A DNA stretch of 64,000 nucleotides, taken from Promethearchaeota archaeon. GTDB lineage: Archaea > Asgardarchaeota > Lokiarchaeia > Sigyniarchaeales > SOKP01. Shown in pieces: positions 1 through 8,577 of the stretch. Both the position numbers and the translations under genes were made by a program. Below the pieces are notes generated by a model. The model searched no databases. It was not told where the DNA came from and saw nothing but the letters and a program-made list of their open reading frames with translations. Where the stretch lies: assembly GCA_018238625.1 (NCBI GenBank), contig JABCSY010000003.1:23897-87896 (forward strand), written 5' to 3'. The stretch's first letter is position 1. Every line of letters begins with the position of its first letter.

Positions 1-1503
1 ATAATTTAACTTAACTTTAATCGAACTGTTTCCTAATTGAAAAGTTTTCTTGAAATAATTTTTAGACTGAGCTAACTTATTCTGTTTCAAATTAATTAAT
101 CCCAAGTATAAGTAAGCCATACCAAGGAATTCGTCTTTATCAGTAATTTCTTCTTCTTTTTCCAAGAAATTGACGATAATATTAAAGTGAGACAAAGCTT
201 CATCAAATTGTTCAGTTTTATAAAACCACTTACCTAAATAATATTGTATTTTTATAATATATTCTATTGGTACCTCTCCAGATTTAGCAACTCCCATCGC
301 GCTTTGTAAATAATTGAGCGCAACTTCATCTTGATTTAGTAATGAGGCGATTTTTCTTAATTTTAATAATATTGAGACTACAATTTTCTTTTGCCTGTTT
401 TTATTGAAAATTTTTAAAGAGTTATTTAGCAATTGAGTAGCCTCATCAAACCTATAATTCTTTATTAACTTTTCTGCTTCTGTATAGGAATTAATTGATT
501 CGATCAGTTCAAAATTAGTAGGTGGTGTATTAAATAGGTCGTTGTGAATCTGATATAATTCTCCTTTTGATAATGTGCTTTCGTAATGTAACGCTGAAAA
601 TGGAAAGTTATTTCTTTCTAACTCAAATCCTTTTGATTCTAATTCTCTTTCAGGGATAAATGTTACATAATCATTTTGATTAATTTCTGCTAAAGTTATT
701 ATTTCTAATATCGAATTCAACATCATTCTGGAAAACTTAATCCAATTCTCAACATACATTTCTAACTTAAACTCAGTATCGTTAAACAAAGAACTTAAAA
801 TATAAGGAGAATAGCAATCGAAAGAAGATCTAATAAAAAATTTATGATATTCCAAATCCTTAAAAAAAGTGAAAAAGCCTTTTTCTAATATGAAAAACTC
901 ATCAAATTTTTCTTCATTTGAAAAAAATAACGTTTCAGAAGCTCGAAGTTTAGGAACTCCATCTCTCAATTCCCACGGAAGTTTAAATGTAGGTTTTAAT
1001 CTAGTGTTTTTCAAAGCGTTTACTATTTTATTTGTATACACTCCGTCAAATTGTTGGAACTTGTCGTGTTTATTCATTAAAGAAATGCGTATACGATTTA
1101 ACCACGTATTATTGTTCTCGTCGGTTATTGGTTCAGGCATTAACAGATTTAACAGGTCAAGTAACTCGTTCTCCTTACCTTTGATGGGAAAATTATGCTC
1201 TAAAGAAACTTGAAGGGCTAAATCTCGGAGCATCTTCATTAAAAGAAGAATAACCTTATGAGTATTTTGATTTAGATCCCATAATTTAAAAGCCATACAT
1301 ATGCGAAAACTAATTACCTCAAGCGGAAAATTTAACCTTAGAGGGAGCGAAACTGGAAATTTAATTGTAAATATTATTAATTTATCCTTTTTAACGCTAT
1401 ACCTGAAATAGTTTTCAATAGTTCCATCTATTTTCCAACCATTTCGTTCGATTACTTCTCTTAAATTGTTTAATTCGTTAGAGGAAAAAGGTCTTATTGA
1501 CAT
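1..1503 (-). CDS. Hypothetical protein with C-terminal TPR-like repeats (partial, runs off the window start)
   Basis: ATG at 1503 (MSIRPFSSNELNNLREVIERNGW...). The segments I translated at both ends are in the same frame, which reaches position 1. TPR-like helices such as GMAYLYLGLINLKQNKLAQSKNYFKKTFQL. Absent from the ORF track because it has no stop in the window. Confidence 0.75.
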   Translation of the reverse strand, partial: MSIRPFSSNELNNLREVIERNGWKIDGTIENYFRYSVKKDKLIIFTIKFPVSLPLRLNFPLEVISFRICMAFKLWDLNQNTHKVILLLMKMLRDLALQVSLEHNFPIKGKENELLDLLNLLMPEPITDENNNTWLNRIRISLMNKHDKFQQFDGVYTNKIVNALKNTRLKPTFKLPWELRDGVPKLRASETLFFSNEEKFDEFFILEKGFFTFFKDLEYHKFFIRSSFDCYSPYILSSLFNDTEFKLEMYVENWIKFSRMMLNSILEIITLAEINQNDYVTFIPERELESKGFELERNNFPFSALHYESTLSKGELYQIHNDLFNTPPTNFELIESINSYTEAEKLIKNYRFDEATQLLNNSLKIFNKNRQKKIVVSILLKLRKIASLLNQDEVALNYLQSAMGVAKSGEVPIEYIIKIQYYLGKWFYKTEQFDEALSHFNIIVNFLEKEEEITDKDEFLGMAYLYLGLINLKQNKLAQSKNYFKKTFQLGNSSIKVKLNY

Positions 1504-1646
1504 AAATTACAATAAAAAAGTATTTTCTTTTAATAAACTAAGAAAAAACTCTATTATTAATTTTTACAAAACATATTATCAATTATATATAGTTGAATTT
1601 ACTTAGATAATCTTGAGAATTAATTAAAATTACATTAGGTTTTATA

Positions 1647-2342
1647 ATGGATATTACAAAATTTAACAAAAACCTAGCGGAAAAAGTTGCTAAAGCGAAC
1701 GCTTACGAAAAAAACAATAGAATTCAAGACGCTATAGATTCTTGGGTAGAAATCTCTGAAATGGCACTCAAAGCTTCAAAAACACCTAATTTAGATTTCT
1801 CTTACAGATCAATGATAATTAAAAAGGCTCAGCAAATTATTGAACACATCAAAGAGTTAAAAGTAAAAATACAACAAAGTATTGAACCAAGTTCTTTACT
1901 TATTGATGATGCATTTGACGAGGAATCTTTTCATGAGACCGACTCTTCTGAAGAAATTATTTATGAAGAAATGGAACAAAAATCTCCTAAGACTGTAAGT
2001 ACTTCTAAGGACATAAACAATAGCGATATCCTCGAGAAGGACAATGAAACTAAAATCGTAGAAGATAGTGAATTTAAAAATTTACCAAAAGGATTTAAAG
2101 AAATCGAAGTTTCTAAAGATTTTGAAATTGTTACCCCACACGACAAGGATTACGTAGAGAAAATTATAAAACAAGACATTGATATGAGTATTTTTAAACA
2201 CGACAAGCAGAATTCTCAACCTCAACAACACATTGAGTTAGAACAACCAAAAGACGACAAACAAATCGTATGTTTTGCGTGTGGTACTATCTCACCATCC
2301 AACACCAAGATTTGTCCAAATTGTGGAACACAACTAAGCTAA
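1647..2342 (+). CDS. MIT-like domain protein with C-terminal zinc ribbon
   Basis: N-terminal three-helix pattern (KANAYEKNNRIQDAIDSW...KKAQQIIEHIKELK) resembles a MIT domain. Acidic linker, then CFACG..CPNCG. Confidence 0.6.
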   Translation: MDITKFNKNLAEKVAKANAYEKNNRIQDAIDSWVEISEMALKASKTPNLDFSYRSMIIKKAQQIIEHIKELKVKIQQSIEPSSLLIDDAFDEESFHETDSSEEIIYEEMEQKSPKTVSTSKDINNSDILEKDNETKIVEDSEFKNLPKGFKEIEVSKDFEIVTPHDKDYVEKIIKQDIDMSIFKHDKQNSQPQQHIELEQPKDDKQIVCFACGTISPSNTKICPNCGTQLS

Positions 2343-3022
2343 AAATTGTAAAAGTTTCCAGCATCTTTCAGAGAATAAACTCCAAACCTTTCAGACCTTT
2401 TTCTTTTCAACGTAATCCAACCTAACCTTGTGTCTTTAAGAGCTAATTGAGTTTTATACAATGCCATGATGTTGTAAACTTTATCCCGATATTCTGCCAT
2501 CCGAATTTTTATTTGTTTTTCCATTGGAGCCTTCATTACATTATATATCGCGTAGACGTAAAATTCCACATCCTTTAAGTTGAGCTCCATTGCGGCGGTC
2601 TTAGCTATACTGTGAGTTGCTTGATGATCTGAATGGTTATTATTATCGCTCGGCAAAACAATTCTGTTCGCATCTTTTATAATTTCCTTAGAGAGCTCTA
2701 CTCCTTTGTCAATTTGATTGATTGCGTCTTGATCGTGAATTTTAAAAAGGTGAACATTACTATTGGGAAATCCAAAAGCTTTTGCTACTTCTTCGGCTTC
2801 ACTTAACCCTATTTTTCCTATTTCGTCCTCGCTCAGATTAATATAATCTTTCGCTTCTTCTTCTAGCAGTTGATCGTGTTCTATGCCCCATGTAATTAAA
2901 ACGCGGTTGTCGGTAACATATACGATATGGACATCATGGCCCTCTTCCATCCATTTTAAAATACTTCCACCGCATCCATAAATCTCATCGTCGGGGTGTG
3001 GCGCAAATACAACAATTTTCAT
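2339..3022 (-). CDS. PIG-L/LmbE family deacetylase
   Basis: APHPDDE motif and HSDH motif. Confidence 0.9.
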   Translation of the reverse strand: MKIVVFAPHPDDEIYGCGGSILKWMEEGHDVHIVYVTDNRVLITWGIEHDQLLEEEAKDYINLSEDEIGKIGLSEAEEVAKAFGFPNSNVHLFKIHDQDAINQIDKGVELSKEIIKDANRIVLPSDNNNHSDHQATHSIAKTAAMELNLKDVEFYVYAIYNVMKAPMEKQIKIRMAEYRDKVYNIMALYKTQLALKDTRLGWITLKRKRSERFGVYSLKDAGNFYNF

Positions 3023-3335
3023 CCTTTTTATCCTAGAAATTATATTAATAATTCTTTATATTTTATATTTTAAACGATATTTAATTTTAATTATTCCGCT
3101 TTTATTTGTACATTTTGTTGTTAAAAGAGTTAAGAGGTAAATAGTAATAAATATGTATGAAAATAGTATAAATTTCAGTTATTGTCTAAAAAATATTTCG
3201 CTCTACAATTATCTCAATTTTTTATATCTCATAAAAAATTATCATAAATTTTATTAATTCGTTTGACGAAATCTATATTGTAATTTAAAATTTGAATGAT
3301 AATGATTTGTTTTTAATAGTGGATTGATTCCAAAA

Positions 3336-4184
3336 ATGAATGACCTTGTGTTATTAAGTTTAATAATTTTTATTTTTATAAGAGTCATAGGATTAGGAAT
3401 TTCAATTGATTTTCTAAACGGTACAAAAGCAGAAAAATTTAAATTTCTCGCTTTGGGGTGGTTTTTTTGGATGTTAGGCGTAGTAACTCCCATCCTTTCA
3501 AATTTAGTTGAAAACATTTTCCTGAAAGAGATTTTACTTGTTCTTAACGCATTTCTTGCTGCTTTAGGAACAATTTTTGTTTTATGGGGGTTTTTTAAAT
3601 ATTTTATGACGGTTTCATTTAAAAAAATGGTAATATTAATTTTCATTTTCTTTATTAGTACTGTTCTTCTTTTCTTAATTACGGATTATGTAGTAACAAT
3701 TGCGTTCTGTGCTCTGTTTATGAACTTATTATTTTTTAGTACTTTTGTAATTCCACCAATAAAGAAAAAAAGTTTTAAGAAATTTATGGGAAGAAGTATT
3801 ATTTGGTATTATGCTTCAGTTCTAATCTTATCCATATTCTTTCCGGTTTCAATAATAATTGCTTTACAAGGATATAGGTATGGGCTATATAACGCAGACG
3901 ATCCCGTACTAATAACATTCAACTATCTTCCTATTATGATCACAAGTATTTTATTTATTATCTTACTTGTTCATTTAGAATATACTACATCATCTCGCCA
4001 ACAATTAGAGTTGAAAGATAACTACTCTCACGATTTAGGAAACATATTGCAAGTTATCTCCAGCGCTTTTGAACTAATCGAAATGAAAGGTAGATCTGAA
4101 GCAGAAACATCTGAACTAGGAGAATTATTAAAAGATAAGTTGAATGAGGCTGCTAAACAGATAAGAGACATCCGTGAGCTTTAA
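3336..4184 (+). CDS. 7TM membrane protein ending in a HisKA (DHp)-like domain, with no ATPase domain
   Basis: Seven hydrophobic segments, then H-box SHDLGNILQVI. The protein ends about 50 aa later. ATG 3336 preferred over TTG 3324. Confidence 0.65.
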   Translation: MNDLVLLSLIIFIFIRVIGLGISIDFLNGTKAEKFKFLALGWFFWMLGVVTPILSNLVENIFLKEILLVLNAFLAALGTIFVLWGFFKYFMTVSFKKMVILIFIFFISTVLLFLITDYVVTIAFCALFMNLLFFSTFVIPPIKKKSFKKFMGRSIIWYYASVLILSIFFPVSIIIALQGYRYGLYNADDPVLITFNYLPIMITSILFIILLVHLEYTTSSRQQLELKDNYSHDLGNILQVISSAFELIEMKGRSEAETSELGELLKDKLNEAAKQIRDIREL

Positions 4185-4236
4185 AATCGTTAATTCTTTT
4201 TTTTAGAATTATTAGAAAAACCCAAAATTTGAGTTA

Positions 4237-4827
4237 TTAATATCTTTTTTTTCTATTCCTATTTGCTCGTGTTTCTTCATATCTTTCAATAGCTTTTTCC
4301 CGCCAAACCGTATTCCACTTTTTGAATCCAGATTTAACGTATTTTTCTCGTTTAAAGAAATCGTAAGAAACCCAATTAAAAAGAACAAAATAACGCTTTG
4401 CCCCGCTTTTACGAGTCAATTTTTTTGATCGAACTCCTAGATCGTTTCTCAAATGTTCGACTAGCCTATCTTCTACAGCATCTTGTAATTTTCCTTCAAT
4501 TATGGCGGGTTCACTCTTTATTCCAACGTCGTTAAAGTATTCCCTTACTTGATCGAAGATGTTCCCGCGACATAATAGCACTTTTTCAGTTTTCTTATCA
4601 AATTTTAATTCTTTCAGCCCTTCCTTGACTAAATCAACGGTCATTTTATAAGGTTCTTTATTTTTCCAATTATCTCCCTTGAATAGTTCCACGGAAAGTG
4701 CTTTGAATAACATTTCGCCCGTTTCTTGCCTCAAGAAACCAATAAAAGCGTCTCCTACTAAGTCCCCAGTCCCACTATCGTCTATTTCGATTGTCAATGG
4801 TTTTTGTGTTAAAAATCTTGTGTTCAA
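4237..4827 (-). CDS. Conserved hypothetical protein, RNase H-like (RNase HII-related) N-terminal motif
   Basis: IEIDDSGTGDLVG resembles the GIDEAGRG motif of RNase HII. Confidence 0.5.
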   Translation of the reverse strand: MNTRFLTQKPLTIEIDDSGTGDLVGDAFIGFLRQETGEMLFKALSVELFKGDNWKNKEPYKMTVDLVKEGLKELKFDKKTEKVLLCRGNIFDQVREYFNDVGIKSEPAIIEGKLQDAVEDRLVEHLRNDLGVRSKKLTRKSGAKRYFVLFNWVSYDFFKREKYVKSGFKKWNTVWREKAIERYEETRANRNRKKRY

Positions 4828-4948
4828 AACTTTTTATAAAAATTGCTGATTATATTATGATATTAAGAATAATTTAAAATACCTTTGAACGATAAAGGGT
4901 TGTCTAAATAAATAAAATCAAATCAATCTTGCTAATAATCGAAAAAAA

Positions 4949-5737
4949 ATGGAAGTAGAAATTTTAGTAATTGGAAACGAAATCCTTATTGGAAAGACCC
5001 AAGATACTAATTCAAATTGGATGGCTAAAAGGGTAACGAAATACGGGCATAGGTTAAAAAGAATAACTGCTATAGAAGATAGTATTGAGGTTATTTCAAA
5101 TACCCTACAAACTATTTTAAAACGCAAACCAGATATGATAATTACTTCGGGAGGGATTGGACCTACATTTGACGATATGACTTTAGCGGGGATAGCAAAG
5201 GGTTTAAATCGAGAATTAGAGCTAAACGAACACGCTTACAATTCTATAAAGAAGGCATATGAACACGCTTACGAAAGAGGAATTTTGAAACTTGAAGGCA
5301 TGACCAAAGAAAGAGAAAAAATGGCACATCTTCCTCAAGGATCGACACCACTACCAAATATAAGAGGGACCGCCCCTGGAGTGAAAGTTAAGGAAGGTGA
5401 AACGGCAATTTTCGTGCTACCCGGTGTTCCCGCTGAAATGAAAGCGATTTTTCTTAACATTGTCAAACCAATACTTAAAGAAAAAAGGGGAAAATTCGTA
5501 GAAAAGGGTTTCATTTTTACGGGTATTGGTGAATCTCAGATAGCTCCTTATGTTACTAAAGTTGAAGAGAAGTATCCTCAGTTATGGATTAAAACACACC
5601 CAAGGATCGGACTTGCAGTTGAAGTAGAAGTATCGATTACCTGTTTTAACGTTGAAAATGGAGAAGAATTAGCAGAAAAAGCTTTGAAAGAAATAAAGGA
5701 GGTTATAGTAAAATTAGATGGTGAAATTAAATTATAA
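4949..5737 (+). CDS. CinA-like / molybdopterin-binding domain protein
   Basis: IGNEILIGKTQDTNSNW, TSGGIGPTFDDMT, GTAPG and LPGVPAEM motifs. Confidence 0.9.
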   Translation: MEVEILVIGNEILIGKTQDTNSNWMAKRVTKYGHRLKRITAIEDSIEVISNTLQTILKRKPDMIITSGGIGPTFDDMTLAGIAKGLNRELELNEHAYNSIKKAYEHAYERGILKLEGMTKEREKMAHLPQGSTPLPNIRGTAPGVKVKEGETAIFVLPGVPAEMKAIFLNIVKPILKEKRGKFVEKGFIFTGIGESQIAPYVTKVEEKYPQLWIKTHPRIGLAVEVEVSITCFNVENGEELAEKALKEIKEVIVKLDGEIKL

Positions 5738-5776
5738 ATGGAAATACTACCATAAAATTAAGGAATAAATTATTTT

Positions 5777-5850
5777 AGATGCCACCTTACGGGTGGAAAC
5801 TCAATAAGCGCTCACTATCCAAGTGTTTTTTGCTTATATCAAAGACATCT
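5777..5850 (-). promoter_or_regulatory. Eukaryote-like SECIS element in the 3' UTR of selD copy 1
   Basis: Minus strand reads AGATGTC TT TGAT ATAAGC AAAAAA CACT TGGAT AGTG AGC GCTTAT TGAG ... GGCATCT. This gives helix I, a UGA/GA core, helix II, an unpaired A run and an apical mini-stem. It starts 3 nt after the stop and is homologous to 7302-7372. Confidence 0.85.
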
Positions 5851-5853
5851 CTA

Positions 5854-6879
5854 TTACTTGATAATCTCAATATTTTCTGCATTATCAGCAATTCTAACTA
5901 AGCTTGGTTCAATGTTATCAATTGTGCCTACAATCCAATTCTCTATACTATTACTAATAAGAGCATTTGAAAATTCTTCAACCTTTTTAGGATCAATAGC
6001 AATCAACATCCCTCCAGCAGTTTCATGACAGCTACAATCGTCAAAAGCGTATCCTAATTCTTCTGAAAGTTCCTTTGAAAATCTTATTGATGGAATGGTT
6101 TCAATGATTGCTGATAAGGTAGAATTCTGCAGCATTTCTTTTATATGACCACTTAATCCAAAACCCGTTACATCTGTAAGCGCATGAACGAATGAAAAAT
6201 CTTGATAAGAATGAATAGTTTTTACTACATTCTGATTTGGTGTAATCATTAATTCTATAGCATAATCAATTGATTTTTGTAGTTCACTTCTTGAATATTG
6301 TTCTAACATTTCAGGCATATTATTAAGTATCCTATAAGCAGCCATAGTCGCCTGTAGGCCAATGGGTTTAGTTAGAATCAATTTATCTCCTTCTTTAACT
6401 CCTTGTTTTAGAATTATTGAGTCTTTGTGAGCAAAACCCGAAGCCTCCCCCCCAATCATTGGCCATTCGCTATATATAGTATGGCCTCCAACTACTTGCG
6501 AATTAATTTTTTCTTCCATAAAATATTTAATTCCTTTTAATATTCCTTCAGCTACTTCCATTGGAGTATTAGTATTGATCCCTAAAAATACTAACATTCC
6601 AGAAATATCTGGAACATTCATCGCAAATATGTCACTGGTTACATTAGACGCAGCAATTTGACCCATAACTTCTGGTTCGTCGACAATAGGGGTAAAAACA
6701 TCAATATTTTTGACCATCACTAAATCACTGTTTGGGACTGGGATGATCGCAGCATCTTCAATATCGCCTTGTAATCCCGCTCTCGCTAGTAAGTTCTCTA
6801 GGCTATTTGGACCAAGTTTACAACTTCATCCGTGAATCTTAACCTGTGAAGTAAGTCTATATACTTCCTTTTTCTCCAT
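5854..6879 (-). CDS. selD: Selenophosphate synthetase (selenide, water dikinase), selenoprotein, copy 1
   Basis: ATG 6879 follows SD GAGGTG. MEKKEVYRLTSQVKIHG-TGA(6826-6828)-SCKL is in frame with the tracked ORF, which has GGHT, DVTGFGLSGH and ETAGGMLI motifs. 341 aa with Sec18. Confidence 0.95.
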
Positions 6880-7301
6880 TTTTCACCTCAAATCTTATTT
6901 TATTTTAAATTTTATTGATTTAATTTTGTAATAAAGGAATCAAGAATAGTTAATTGAAAAAATCTCTCTTATTTATTAATATTATCGATTCTATTTATCT
7001 ATTTTTTCGATAAGGAAATTTATTCAATTTTAAAACAATATTACACCCGTGTTATAAGGACTTTAATAAAACAGTTGGTGTTCAAGGTAACTAAAAACTA
7101 CTTAAGTAATTTTATTGTATGCTTATTTTCCGGTTAAGACAAAAAAAAATTGAAGATAATTTCAATCAAAATGTAAATTCTTTAGGGTTTTCAAGGCGTT
7201 TTTTTAGATTGTACTTAAAAGAATGGAAGCGCAAAAATCTAAGTGAAATTTAAGATTTGGAAAATTAATTATAAATTGATAATAAAAACAGTAAAGCTTT
7301 T

Positions 7302-7372
7302 CGATGCCTTCTTGCGAGGGTACTCTCAATAAGCTCTCACATATAGTGTTTTAGCTTATTTCATTGACATCG
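7302..7372 (-). promoter_or_regulatory. Eukaryote-like SECIS element in the 3' UTR of selD copy 2
   Basis: Minus strand reads CGATGTC A ATGAA ATAAGCT AAAA CAC TATAT GTG AG AGCTTAT TGAG ... GGCATCG. Canonical AUGA/GA core, A run and apical mini-stem, directly after the TAA. Confidence 0.9.
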
Positions 7373-8410
7373 TTAAATTTTAGTTATTTCGACATGCTCA
7401 ACATTTTTCGAAATTTGAACAAGTCGAGGTTCATTAATGTTATCGATTGTTCCTACAATCCAATTAGACACATGATATTCATTGGCAAGTCTCTTGGAAA
7501 ATTCTTCGGCATATTCGCGATCAACAGAAAGGAGCATCCCCCCAGCGGTCTCAGGCATTTCGCATTCATCGAATTTGTATCCAAAATCGTACGATAGTTC
7601 TTTTGCTAGTTTAAATATTGGGACCTTCTTAATATTAGCTGAAAGGTTAGATTCTTGGAGCATCTCCTTTAAGTGTCCTGAGAGTCCAAAACCGGAAACA
7701 TCTGTCATTGAATGTACGAAAGATACATCTTGATAAGAATGGATAGTCTTTACAACGTTTTGTAGCGGCAAAGTCATAAATTCTATGGCCAAATCAATGG
7801 ATCTATTGATTTTAGCTTTGGAGTATGTTTCTAAGAGGTCTGGTCTGTTTTTTTGTAAGCGATATGCGGCCATGATTGCTTGGTTTCCCACGGGGTTAGT
7901 CAGTATTAATTTATCACCTTCTTCTACGTAGTTCTTTTTAATCAGTTTGTTTTTATTGACGAATCCTGAAGCTTCGCCGCCAATTAAAGGCCATTCTGAA
8001 TAGATTGTATGTCCTCCAAGTACTTTCGAGTGTATTTTATTTTCCATGAAATTTCTAATACCTTTCAACATCCCTTCTGCGATGTGCATAGGCATGTTTT
8101 TTTTCAAGCCAAGAAATATTAGCATTCCTGAGACATCTAGAACGTTTAGCGCGAAAACATCGTTAGTGACGTTTGCAGCAGCGATCTCACCCATTATATC
8201 TGGTTCGTCGATAATCGGTGTAAAGATGTCAATGTTTTTTACCAGTACTAAATCGGTATTTGGTACGGGAATTACAGCAGAATCCTCGATATCTCCTTTC
8301 AAGCCAGCGCCAGCCAACAATTCGTCTAATTTTTTAGAATCAAGTTTACAGTTTCATCCGAATAATTTTGTCTGCAGTGTCAGTCGATAACTATATTCTT
8401 CTTGTAGCAT
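7373..8410 (-). CDS. selD: Selenophosphate synthetase, selenoprotein, copy 2
   Basis: ATG 8410. MLQEEYSYRLTLQTKLFG-TGA(8354-8356)-NCKL is in frame with the tracked ORF, which has GGHT, DVSGFGLSGH and ETAGGMLL motifs. 345 aa with Sec19. Confidence 0.95.
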
Positions 8411-8577
8411 TCACCTCACGATTTTTTAAATATATTATAAACCTTCTCGATTGTGAATCTAAAAGACTATCTGGTTATATTAATATTTTTGTAATAAATT
8501 ATTTATTATTTCGATATAAAGAGGAGCTTTTTTTAGGATCTACAAAAAAAACTAATAAATTATTAGGAAGTAAAAGA

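Noticed and set aside
5854-8410. selD genes as nonsense-mutated pseudogenes or N-terminally short proteins
   Set aside because: The TGA sits exactly at the catalytic Sec/Cys position in both copies, and each gene has a SECIS.
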